DNA of 64,000 nt from contig NW_013657615.1 of NCBI RefSeq assembly GCF_000142905.1, forward strand, positions 124,001 through 188,000, written 5' to 3'. A program made the translations under genes and the position numbers. The notes under the pieces were generated by a model. It had not been told where the DNA came from and ran no database searches. It saw only the letters and a program-made list of their open reading frames with translations. This document shows, in pieces, positions 39,588 through 50,102 of the stretch (position 1 is the stretch's first letter; every line of letters begins with the position of its first letter). The DNA is from Thecamonas trahens ATCC 50062 (taxonomy: Eukaryota; Protista; Apusomonadida).

Positions 39588-40610
39588 ATGGAGCTCCCAG
39601 ACGTGGGTGAGCAGTGCACATGGCCCGAGTGCCGGCAGCTCGACTTCCTTCCGATCATCTGCCGGCACTGCTCGCAGCCGTTCTGCAACCTCCACTTCAA
39701 GACGAGCGAGCATCGGTGCCCCGATGCAGTGATTGTCAACAAGACTGTGCCACAGTGCCCGCTCTGCGAGGCGTACATCGTGTTTGACACCGGCGAGGAC
39801 ATCTCGGTCACCATCGATCGGCACATCGCGTCGGCGTGCACCTCGGACATCTTGGACGTCTCGCCGAAAAAGTCAAAGTACAACGACAAGTGTGGCGTCC
39901 GCAAGTGCAAGAACAAGCGCGAGACGGTGGCCAAGTGCCCGTACTGCTCCGGTGCCTACTGCCTCACACATCTGCGGTTCAAGCATGACTGCCCCAACTC
40001 GCCCACCGCCGCCCGCCGCGCTGATGCCCGTGCCCGGTGGACCGCCCCGCGGAACACTGGTCGTTCAGCAGCGGCCACCCATGCGGCAATAGCTGCAGAA
40101 CGCCGTGCCCGGGCCGCAGCTGCAGCCGCGCCCAAGCCGCAGTCGAAGCTGCAGTCTGCGCCCACCCCTGCGCCAGCCCCTCTGCTGGCTCCAGCTCGGT
40201 CCTCCGTGCCACAGCCGGCCGCGCCGCCGGCGCAGGTTGTTACCCTCGCTCGACTGCAGCGCGAGGCTCAGGGCGATGCTGCCATTCCAGACCATCGGCG
40301 GTTCTACCTCTACGTCCACTTGCCGGCCGCCCTCGAGCTCCCGTTCGGCGTTGCGGTCTTTGTGTCGCGCGAGGGCACCCCAACCGACATTGTCGCTGCT
40401 GTAGCCGACGTCGTCGGCGGCTCTGCCGACAGCGATCTCGAGCTGGGCGTCTTCCGCATCACCTCCAAGGCCGAGCGGCTTGCGCCTGAGCTTCCGCTCG
40501 AGTACATGGCCGGCTTTGTCGACTCTGGTGCGGCCGTCATTGTCGACTGGGTCCCGCCAGCCACCGATGCGCTCCCTCCCGACCTCTGCCGTGCACACGG
40601 CCTTCCGTAG
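39588..40610 (+). CDS. AN1-type zinc finger protein (ZFAND2/ZFAND1/Cuz1-like)
   Basis: GEQC..PECRQLDFLP..C..C..PFC..H....H.C, CPLC...DRHI...C, a second AN1 finger, and a C-terminal AQGDAAIPDHRRFYLYV ubiquitin-like region. Confidence 0.85.
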   Translation: MELPDVGEQCTWPECRQLDFLPIICRHCSQPFCNLHFKTSEHRCPDAVIVNKTVPQCPLCEAYIVFDTGEDISVTIDRHIASACTSDILDVSPKKSKYNDKCGVRKCKNKRETVAKCPYCSGAYCLTHLRFKHDCPNSPTAARRADARARWTAPRNTGRSAAATHAAIAAERRARAAAAAAPKPQSKLQSAPTPAPAPLLAPARSSVPQPAAPPAQVVTLARLQREAQGDAAIPDHRRFYLYVHLPAALELPFGVAVFVSREGTPTDIVAAVADVVGGSADSDLELGVFRITSKAERLAPELPLEYMAGFVDSGAAVIVDWVPPATDALPPDLCRAHGLP

Positions 40611-40846
40611 CCGTGATGGATGCACCTGGTGTGATCGCCGGACGACGTGGCAGCCACGGTCACACCGCCAACCATCGCTACTCGACTACCTGCCCAACAA
40701 ACCATCATTGCACACTCGCCGGACTCGCCCGAATCAACGGACACCTCACTCAACAACGACTGCCATGGCCACCCCCACAGCGTACGCCGCTCCCCGACCC
40801 CTTCCCCTTCCCCCCTCACACCCATGCACCACATACATTCACACTC

Positions 40847-42771
40847 ATGCCTACTGTCAACAGTCGCTCCACCTCCCCGGTGCCAGAGGAGGAGGCTGCG
40901 CTGATGGCCATGCTGGCAGCGGCAGAGGTGCGGACGGTGAGCGAAGGCGAACGAGCGACAGGAGGAGGGAGACAACCGCTGGAGGGAGAGACACCACCGC
41001 AGACGCCTATGACTCCATCGCCGCTCGCCTCTCCGAGTTCGGCCCGCGGTGGTACGCCGTCGGCCGTCCCGGACTTTTATCGCGCTCCGCTGGATGCCTC
41101 GGGCGGCGCGTGGTACTCGGCCAAGGGTCACGATCTGGAGGCCGACGTCGAGCTCTTTGCCACACATGGCAAGTTTGGCCACTCGCCGGTTGTGGCCGTC
41201 TTTGGTGCTGATCGTCCCGGTGGCGAGTCGGCCGACGACGTGCCCATATTTTCCGACTCGACTCGCGCAAAGTCGGCCTTTCCCTCGCGAACCGAGTTGC
41301 AGTCGCGGCTGCGGTCAGAGTCGCCGAGTGCACACGAGCACGATCGGTCTTCCCGCAGCGACCATGACCAAAAGCCTACCGCTCGGGTCTCGGCTTCGCT
41401 CTTTGGCGATCTGGAGCAAGAGACACGTCAGTTTGCGGTGGCTGGCATCGGCTCGCCGCGCGCCGAGTCGCTCTTTGACGCCTCATCCATCACCGCGGCT
41501 GCTTCCTCTGCCGCGGTTGCTCCGCCGTTGGCATCCAGCTCGTCCCCGCGCGCAGCTGCAGCGAGTCTGTTTCATGACAGATCGCCGCATCAACCGACTC
41601 CCGTCCCGGACCGCGCGTTGTCTCCGCCGCCTAACTCGTCCATGTTTAGCACCGACGCGCCGCTCCGGTCGTCGGCGGCAACCATGCCGATGCCCAAGCC
41701 GCCGGTGCCGTCAGCAGCGATTCCGCGCCCGCGCCTGCACCCACCAGCAGCCTCTCCTACGCCGCATCCCGCAAGCCTTTTGCTGGACTCGGCGCCGCGC
41801 GGGCGCCGGCAACGTCGTCAGGCATGCTCGCGTCGAGCCGGCTGAGCGGAATGCGACCGCGGAGAACAGCACCAGCGCCAGTGGCCGGTGTGCGCTCGTC
41901 GCCGTCGCTCCTCTCGCCGTCGCGGCTGTTCACGAGCTCTGCCTCTGCCAGCCCACTCTCGATCTCGAGCGCATCTCCGTCCCGGCTATCGGCCATGTCG
42001 ACTCGGCGGGCGTCGGTCTCATCGCTCTTCTCGCCGCCCAAGGTCCCATCGCCGCCGACCATGGCGTTTGGCCCGTCGCGGCTGCGGGCGCCAGCGCCAG
42101 CAACCTGGATCCGTGAGACGACGGCAGCTGCTGCCGCAAGCCGCACTCCGCCGCCTGCCCGCGGCATCGCGCCGCTCTCGGCGCACACCACCTCGCCCAA
42201 CTTTCCGTTCCCATCCGGTCCATCGACCGGTTCGGCCTCGATCCCGCTCCCGCCGTCAATGACCACGACGTACGGAAGCGGCTCGTCGCTCAACCGCAAC
42301 TCGATCTCCAACCTCTTCCACACCGCCCACGCTCAGCAGGATCTCGGGCTCCGCAGCGTGCCGCCGCCCGCACTTGCGCCGCACGTCCCTGTCAGCCACC
42401 ATACCCACGTCGAGCAACGTCCTGTCGCCGCACCAATGTCTTCAGCACCGGCGCCACCAGCAGCGCCGGCCTCGCCGCCGCTACGGACCCAGCCGAGTGT
42501 CGTCAACGTGGCACCGTCGCCGTCGCTCGTCGCCGCCCGCCCGCTCCAGCCGGCTGCCCTCGCCCACTCGTCTGGCCCGGAACTTGTGGCCTTTCCATCG
42601 CTCGAGGAGCTCATGTCCGCCCGCGGCATCTCGCTCTCGTCACCGGCAGCTCCCTCACGGGCCAGCATCGCCACCGCCACGCCACCGCCCCCGGCCCCGG
42701 CCCCGGCCTCCCCGCCCCCGCCGCCCGATCCGTCCGACTCGCCCGCCGGCGGCGAGACACGGCGCGAGTAG
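40847..42771 (+). CDS. Pro/Ser-rich hypothetical protein, apparent -1 frame switch between 41650 and 41845
   Basis: Two overlapping ORFs of the same composition (ending 41845 and 42771); the second frame is open from 41650. Confidence 0.5.
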
Positions 42772-42931
42772 CTGCTGTTGTTGGCACCAACCAATACACG
42801 ACGCCCAAACTGAGTAGCAACAAAATGATACATGCTGTGGTCTCAGCTCGTCCAGGCCAGCCAGCAAGCCGCCCGTGCCCGTCTCCCGCGTCTGCCCACA
42901 CCACCTGACTCTCCGCTACCTCGTCCACACC

Positions 42932-43822
42932 ATGGGCAAGACAATCGAGGTGGATGCAGCCAGTGTGACTGACGGCACTCTCCGCGACATGGACCTCAAC
43001 AAGCTTCTTGTCCGCCAACTCAAGGCCATTCTCGACGTCCGCGGCATTGGCTATGGCCCCCGCGACCGCAAGGCCCAGCTCGTCAACCTCCTCTCTGCTG
43101 CCGTCAACACCGGCGAGTCCGGCCCGGCTGAGCCAGCTGAGCCGGCTGAGCCTGCCAAGTCGACCGCCAAGCGCAAGCGAAGCAGCAGCAACAACAGCAA
43201 CGGCAACAGTGGTCCGGCGGGTGATGCTCGCAATGCAGGCGATGCGGGCGATGACACGCCGGCCGCCAAGCGGTCAAAGGGTCTGGCGGCCGAGGAGGCG
43301 GACGCAAAGAGCTCGCCTGCTGGCAGCTCGGGTAGCACGGGTGCGTCTGCGCAAGGGGAGGATGCGGATGAAGTGGGGACGGTGCTGCGTGTGGTCGGTG
43401 TGGACGATGCGGGCGTCGGGCTTGTGATGCGGGTCTTGCGATCGCGGCCGGTGCGGAGCGTGTGGAAGTCTGAGCTGTTCCCAGACCTGTCACGGGTGCT
43501 GGTGGCCGACTACGCCGCGAGCGACGACGCGGCGGCAATGGCGAGCCTGCTGCAGCAGGAGAAGCATGCGGCGCTGCCGCTCGGTGAGGTAGTTCATGAG
43601 ACTGGGCGTGGGACACGGGCGGTCATCGCCGAGTGCGGGCAGAGCCTCCAGACGGCGCGGGCAGCAAGCGCGGCGCTGGCCAAGACCGCCGGAGCGGCAA
43701 CAATGGCCAACGCTGACGTGTACCTCGTGACCAAGACTCAGCCTCCGCTGCGCTGGCTGCCGCTCTCGGACGAGCTCGTCGCCGTCAAGAATACGCTCCG
43801 GCTGCAGTCGCGCCGTCGATGA
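42932..43822 (+). CDS. HeH/LEM/SAP-like domain protein
   Basis: DLNKLLVRQLKAILDVRGIGY...RKAQLVNLL helix-extension-helix pattern; basic NLS-like KRKR. Confidence 0.6.
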   Translation: MGKTIEVDAASVTDGTLRDMDLNKLLVRQLKAILDVRGIGYGPRDRKAQLVNLLSAAVNTGESGPAEPAEPAEPAKSTAKRKRSSSNNSNGNSGPAGDARNAGDAGDDTPAAKRSKGLAAEEADAKSSPAGSSGSTGASAQGEDADEVGTVLRVVGVDDAGVGLVMRVLRSRPVRSVWKSELFPDLSRVLVADYAASDDAAAMASLLQQEKHAALPLGEVVHETGRGTRAVIAECGQSLQTARAASAALAKTAGAATMANADVYLVTKTQPPLRWLPLSDELVAVKNTLRLQSRRR

Positions 43823-43924
43823 ATGGCAGGTATGAAAGAGTCGGGATTTAGTGGCGCTGCCTGCCGAGACAGAGGGAGGCAAGCGGAAGAGAGAGTTGAG
43901 AAAGAGTGCGGGGAGGGAGCCTGC

Positions 43925-45238
43925 TCAAAAGTCGGCGTCGAGGGTGAAGATCTGCTCCTCGCGGCTCGACATGACGCCGGCCTTCTGGTAGTCGGAGACG
44001 CGGCGCTCGAAAAAGTTGTTCTTGCTCTGGAGCGAGATGAGCTCCATCCAGTTGAACGGGTTTGCGACGTTGTACAGCTTGGACGCACCCAGCTCGACGA
44101 GGAGACGGTCCGCGCAGAAGCGGACATAGTCGGCCATGAGGTCCGAGTTCATGCCGATGAGCGAGACCGGGATGGCCTCGCACACAAACTCGATCTCGAT
44201 GTCGACGGCCTCGGTGACGATGGCGTGGAGGCGCTCCTCGGAGAGCTTGTTGTTGAGGTGAGCGTAGAGGAGGCAGGCAAAGTCGGTGTGCAGGCCCTCG
44301 TCGCGCGAGATGAGCTCGTTGGAGAAGCAGAGGCCGGGCATGCCGACGCCGCGCTTCTTGAGCCAGAAGATGGCGGCAAAGGAGGAGGAGAAGAAGATGC
44401 CCTCGACGCAGGCAAAGGCCACCAGCCGCTCGGCAAACACCTCCGAGCCGTCGAGCCAGGTCATGGCCCACTCGGCCTTCTTCTGCACGCACGGGATGGT
44501 GTCGATGGCCTGGAACAGCCGGGTCCGCTCACTCGGCTCCTTGATGAGCGTGTCGATGAGGAGCGAGTACACCTCCGAGTGCACGCCCTCCATGAAGATC
44601 TGGCACTGGTAGAAGCACCGCGCCTCGGCAATCTGCACATCGCCCATGAACCGGAGCGCCGCGTTCTCCACCACAATCCCATCCGACGCAGCAAAGAACG
44701 CCAGCACGTGCTTGAGGAACCGCTGCTCGTCCTCGGAGAGCTTCTCAAAGTCGCGCGAGTCGGTCGCCATGTCCACTTCCTCGGCGGTCCAGAAGCATGC
44801 CACAGACTTCTTATAGCTGCGGGGCGTTGTGAGATGTGGGTGGGGATGGGGGAGGGGGGGCCGGAGGGAAAAAAAAAGAAAAAGGCATGCGCCGAAATTG
44901 CCCGCCATGGCTCACAAATATAGAATCTACTACAGCCGGCCATGGCCGACAGGCGACAGGAGCGGGAGACTTGCGGGAAGAGGAGGGCGGGGGAAGCGGG
45001 TTGGAGGAGGGGGGAGGGGGGGGGGGGGGGCAGGAGCGAGTACGTACAACTGCCAGATGTCATCGTATTGGATGGGGAAGAGGACGAACCGGTTGGGGCT
45101 CGGCGTGAGGATAGGCTCCAGGGCGGCGGTGGAGGCGGTGGTGGCGGGAGCGGGAGCGTCAGACCTATCAAAGTCATGCGGTGGATTGCAAGGTCGCCCA
45201 TGGTATGTAGCGGGTGTTTTGTGAGTGTAGCGCGACAT
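43925..45238 (-). CDS. RRM2: Ribonucleotide reductase small subunit; intron 45047-44817
   Basis: [22 protein letters not shown]|[44 protein letters not shown]-terminal FTLDADF. Start uncertain. Confidence 0.95.
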
Positions 45239-45848
45239 GAGCAGGTAGGAGGGATTGTGATAAACTTAACCATGTGGGTGGCATGCGTGGGGGGGGGAGA
45301 AGACATGGTCCGTACATAGGCTTTAGTGATGGTGTCCAGAGACGGGTGTGTCGTCAGTCGGCCACTCCCGCTCTATCCACCACCGTCGCCGCCACTAGAA
45401 TCTACCGCACGAGAGCGGCAGACGCTGTCACGCATGCATCACCCTCGGCTGCTTCAAGTCGCCCCGTCCTGTCGAGATGGCCACAAGAGCGGAGGCGGGG
45501 TGAGTACAGGTCCTTTTGGTGCATGCTTAGCAGGCAGCGGTAGGGTCACTCTGAGCGCGGCAGCTGGCTGCAAACGCGCCAAGCGCTGCTCCCCCCTCTC
45601 TCTCCCGACGTCGCCAGGATGCTGCAAACACAGCGCACACCTGATGAAACTTACATGGTGTGCCCTTTGCCTGTGCTTGTGTGACGATGCCCTCGCTAGC
45701 TGCCCGCATTGCCCTTAGACCGGCGAAGGCAGCTCGTGGCGGCGACTCAAACTACGACCTTTTTTGGGTTCACTTGGCCGCACGTCGCAGGGCGGGCGGC
45801 GGTCGGGCGACGACGGTGACGGGCAGACTCGACGCTACGGCGGTGGAG

Positions 45849-47111
45849 ATGGAAAGCGGGACGGGCGGGGCAAGCAAGCCGTCGTCGCAGCGAAAGGGAC
45901 CGCAGTCTGCCATTGACGCGCTCAACGCGCTGCAGCTGTGCGGGCTTGCAGCCGCGGCCGGGAGCGGGGAGCTGGTGACGGCGCTGGCCGGGAGCGGGGT
46001 GACGACGGTGGAGGGCGTGCTGACGCAGTCTGTGCAGGACCTGGTGCGGAAGGCGAAGAGCCGACATGTCAACGTGAGCGAAGACGAGGTGCACGACTTT
46101 GTGGCCAAGGTGTCGGAGGCTGTGGTGGCTGCTGCGGTGCCGCTGGCGGATGCGAAGCGGCTGCGGGCGCCGACGGCGCTGACCCTTGCCTCTGATCCGG
46201 GCTCGTACGTGCGGCTGTCTGTGGGCGATCCTGGGCTGGACCAGTTTCTCGGCGGCGGGCTGGTGCCTGGAACGGTGGTGGAGGTGTGCGGCGAGTCTGC
46301 GACGGGCAAGACGCAGCTGGTGCTCCAGGCCGCGCTCCATGTCCAGCTGCCGGTCGAAGTGGGCGGGCTCGACGCGCACGCGCTGTACATCGGGACGGAG
46401 GACGCGTTTCCTGGAGCACGGTTGGCCCAGCTCCTGGAGGCGTACGCGGTCAAGTACCCGTTTACGCGTGATGTGGATATGGGCGCAAACGTGTTTGTCG
46501 AGTCTGCGCGGTCGTACGACGAGCTGTGGCGGCTGCTTACGACGACGGTGCCGGCGCTGATGGCGTCGCGGCCGCTGCGGCTCATCGTCATCGACTCGAT
46601 TGCCGGCATTTTCCGCAACGAGTACGACTGGAACACTGAGACGGTGACGCGGGCCCGCGACTTTTTCCGTGTGGCGCAGCAGCTCCGCTGGCTGGCGGCC
46701 AACCTCGACGTCGTCGTCCTTGTTGTTAATCAGGTCTCCGACTACTTTGAGCCCGAGGACGGCAGCGGCGCGGGGCCGTCACGGGCAGGTGTGCGGGTAC
46801 GGGCGATGGGCAAGCCAGCGCCGGATGCCATCGGCATGCCAGGGATCCCGCACCCGCTCGTCCTCAACCGGTCGCTCCCAGTCTCGTCGTACAAGCGTGT
46901 GCAGCCTGCGCTTGGCCTCGCGTGGTCGGCGTGCGTGACGACCCGGCTTGTGCTCACGCGGCGTGACACCATCTTGCCGGACCCGAGTGCGGCGAGCGGG
47001 TACGCCGAGACCATTCTGCGCGAGCTCGCTGTGGTCTTTGCGCCGCATCTGGCGCCGAGCTCTATCCGATTCCGGGTCGAGGCGGCGGGGCTGGTGGCAG
47101 ACGAGGGCTGA
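45849..47111 (+). CDS. XRCC3: RAD51 paralog, XRCC3-like
   Basis: GESATGKTQL, LYIGTEDAFPGARL, LIVIDSIA, VVNQV, PALGLAWSACVTTRLVL. Confidence 0.85.
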   Translation: MESGTGGASKPSSQRKGPQSAIDALNALQLCGLAAAAGSGELVTALAGSGVTTVEGVLTQSVQDLVRKAKSRHVNVSEDEVHDFVAKVSEAVVAAAVPLADAKRLRAPTALTLASDPGSYVRLSVGDPGLDQFLGGGLVPGTVVEVCGESATGKTQLVLQAALHVQLPVEVGGLDAHALYIGTEDAFPGARLAQLLEAYAVKYPFTRDVDMGANVFVESARSYDELWRLLTTTVPALMASRPLRLIVIDSIAGIFRNEYDWNTETVTRARDFFRVAQQLRWLAANLDVVVLVVNQVSDYFEPEDGSGAGPSRAGVRVRAMGKPAPDAIGMPGIPHPLVLNRSLPVSSYKRVQPALGLAWSACVTTRLVLTRRDTILPDPSAASGYAETILRELAVVFAPHLAPSSIRFRVEAAGLVADEG

Positions 47112-47184
47112 TGTGCTTTTGTGAGTGGGCTGCTGGCTGGCTGGCTGCTGGTTGGTTGGTTGGTGTTTGATAGGGTGTGGCAAA

Positions 47185-48341
47185 TCAGCGCTTGCGGCGA
47201 CGGCCGACCTGTGCTTGGAAACCGGAGGAAATGGTGGAGACGGCGCGGCGGGACTGACACGAGCCACACTCGATCATGGTCAGGCGCTGCTCCTTGGCGA
47301 GCTGAGTGTTGGACGACTTGCAGTTAAAGCAGAGGACGTAGGTGGTGATGTAGCGGCGGAGCACGTTCTCGATGTGCTTGACCTGGAAGCGGCCCTTGAT
47401 GGTGAGGCGGCCGTTGCCGGAGAAGGTACCGGTGGTACCCAGCTCGGCGAGCATGAACGAGAGGACGTGCTGCGGCGAGCGGTTGATGGACTCGCAGATG
47501 GAGAGCATGTTGACAAAGCCGGTCTTCTTGGTGCCGACACGCATGAGGACGGGCGCCTCGAGCTGGAGCTGCTTGTTACCAGACTCGATGTTCGGGTTGA
47601 GCTTGCGCATGGTGGCAAAGGCGCGTGAGAGCAGAGTGCCGTACTCGTACTCCTCGCCGGTCGCCGCCACAAAGGTGCCCTGGTCCTTGTCGCCGCCAGC
47701 AGCGCCGTCGTCGGCGCCGTTGTCGGCGCCGTCGGCAGCCTCCGAGTCTGCGCTCGGCTTCTTCTTCCGGCGCTTCTTACGCTTGGACGGAAGACCGAGC
47801 GAGGGCATGGCATCGTTACCAGCGGTATCCGCCTCGTCTGCGGCAGGCGTTGCGGCCGCCGAGCCGGTCTTGCGCTTCTTCTTGCCCTTCTTCTTGGCGG
47901 GGAGGCTGAGCTCCGGAACCTGTTCCACACCACGACCGAAGGGGAGGGGGGGGACGAGGTACGGGGGGGAGAGAGAGAGAGCAGGTAAGAACACGCAGCA
48001 TTCGATTCACCCACAGAGACAGCAGCCCACACCCCCACACCCCCACACATGTCTACATTGCTCTTGCTCTGGCGTCTCTCGCCATTCGAGGCTGTGCCCA
48101 TCCCCGTCACCCGCACCGCCACCATGCCCAGCGGGTGGTGGGATGGACTTTGTCGAAATTAACGAGTCAGCCTCGTCGAAGAGAACCACCACAGCCATTG
48201 CGGGAAGGAGGAGGGGGAGGGGGGGGGGGGGGAGGGGGGGAGGGAAGGGAGGGAGTGTGTGTTGGTGAAGGGGGTGGGGATGGTGGTGGTGGTGGTGGTG
48301 GTGGTGGTGGTGGCGGGGGGATGACGTACTGGCTCTGACAT
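47185..48341 (-). CDS. EIF2S2: Translation initiation factor eIF2 beta; coding exons 48341-48330 (MSEP), 47919-47185
   Basis: Lys boxes, YEYGTLLSRAF, GTKKT, FMLAELGTTG, IKGRF, CFNC..CGSC zinc ribbon. Phase-0 intron GTACGT..AACAG. Confidence 0.92.
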
Positions 48342-48748
48342 AGTCGGTGCTGGAGTTGAGTGGTGGTGTATGTTGGTAACATGGTTGATTCATTGATGAT
48401 TGAATGGTGGGGTATGTGATGTGGGTGGAGACATGCGTCCATGGCATGGTCGCTTGGTGGAAGTGGAAGTCGTCTGTGGTGGTGATGGTGGAGGGGGGGA
48501 GGGGGGAGGGAGGGAGGGGGGGGGGGGGGAGTGGGATTGGGACAAGGTGGCAGACTGGTGCCGAGATAGTCAGACCCATGACGACCGTGCCATACCCGCA
48601 CCCAACCGCCCCGCCCCACCCTGTCCCCCACTCACACCCACCCACAGAGCCACACACACCACACCACACGCACCGTACACAGGTCACACTCATCTCGTCT
48701 CCTGCCCGTCTCTCCCACGCTCACCCTCATTCCATCCACCACCACCTT

Positions 48749-48749
<1 letters not shown>

Positions 48750-48792
<43 letters not shown>
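48750..48792. repeat. (AC)n microsatellite
   Basis: Read directly; lies just 5' of the ATG at 48804. Confidence 0.95.
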
Positions 48793-48803
48793 GCGCGCGC
48801 GCC

Positions 48804-49366
48804 ATGTTCCGGACACCCCTCACTCGCCTGTCGACGTACGCTACCTCCCGTCCTGCCTCTACCGCTGCCCGCTGCCCCTGTCCCTGCCACCACTACCACA
48901 CTCACAGGTTCGTCGGGGGGAGGAGATGGACAGCCAATGCATGACACGGGCGGTGTCGGGAAGGCCGGTGCCGAAGCGGGTGCGGCAGCTGCGTGACGCC
49001 TCGCCGTCGTCGCGGGTACCGGTGAGCGACTCGTCGTGGTTCTCCTTTGGCTCGGCAGTGAGTCATGCGCTGGCCGTGGTGGCCGGCATGGGCATTATGG
49101 TATGGTATGACTCGCTCGCCCCGGAGGCCTCGTTGCCGGAACAGATGAAGGGCATCCTTCCGCGACTGCTGGATCGGGACACGTTGGGCGATGATGGCTT
49201 TGAGTCGGACTCGGTCCTCAACTCGGCGTTCAAGACGTACATTCCCTCAGTCTTTGACGACGATGAGGAAAACGAGGCCCACGAGGCTGTCCGCGACCGC
49301 CTCAAGGCACATATGCCGCGCTTCTTCCACGACGACGACGACGACGATGACGACGATGACGATTAG
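48804..49366 (+). CDS. Small putative mitochondrial single-pass protein with poly-Asp tail; exons 48804-48835, 48934-49366
   Basis: MFRTPLTRLST|QCMTR presequence-like start, phase-2 intron GTACGC..GACAG, hydrophobic HALAVVAGMGIMVWY, ends FFHDDDDDDDDDD. Confidence 0.55.
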
Positions 49367-50102
49367 TGACGCTACAGACGGAGCAAGTGGGTAGCGGCAA
49401 GGGTGGCGCGATTGATGACAAGTTTCTCGATTACCATCCCATTTGCCAGCTACCTAGGACGCACGTTCGGTGCTCATTGGTCCATACGTAAAGCGGCAGG
49501 GTGGGAGGGAGGCAAAAGCGCGGCAGCATGTGTGAGAGCCTTGACTTCCTCTTTGATCTCCGATCGAAAAACCAGCTCATGCGTATGTTTCTCTTCCCGC
49601 TCACCACGACCTGCGCTCTCGCCACCCTTTCAACACCGGCTCCTCAACATGCGCTTCACCATCGCTTTCGCTGCAGCCTTTCGCTGTCCGCGCTTATGGG
49701 CCCAGCATTTCTAAATCGCCCTCTCCTCCTCCCTCCCTCCGCTGCTTGATCGTCCGGCTGGGCAAACTCAACCACCCAGTGCATTGGCTAGGCCACTTTC
49801 CCTGACTCGATCTCCTTCCGCCACTCTATGTATAGCCACCATTGCCCAGCCAAGCCCCGATGCATGGGCCATCACGGGGAGGCGTGAGCTAGGCTGGATA
49901 GGCAAGAGGAAAGCAAGGGCGTCAGTCGGGAGCAGAGTTGGTTGGGGAAGAAAATAGCAAACGCCCTCTCCCGAAAAAAAACGCTACCAATGCGCATCAG
50001 TAACGGCCACCGAAGGAAAAAGGCTGGCAGGCGTTTGTGGGGGGGGAGGGAGGGAGGGACGAGCATACCGCACTCTTTTTCGAGGAGAGAGTTCTGAAGA
50101 CT

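Noticed and set aside
43925-47111. RRM2 and a RecA-fold gene as an endogenous giant-virus remnant
   Set aside because: RRM2 has a spliceosomal intron and a eukaryotic C-terminus, the partner is XRCC3-like, and no viral hallmark genes are present.
49367-50102. Possible ncRNA or snoRNA in the longer intergenic region
   Set aside because: A TGATGA box C-like hexamer has no nearby D box or terminal stem, and no tRNA fold is evident.
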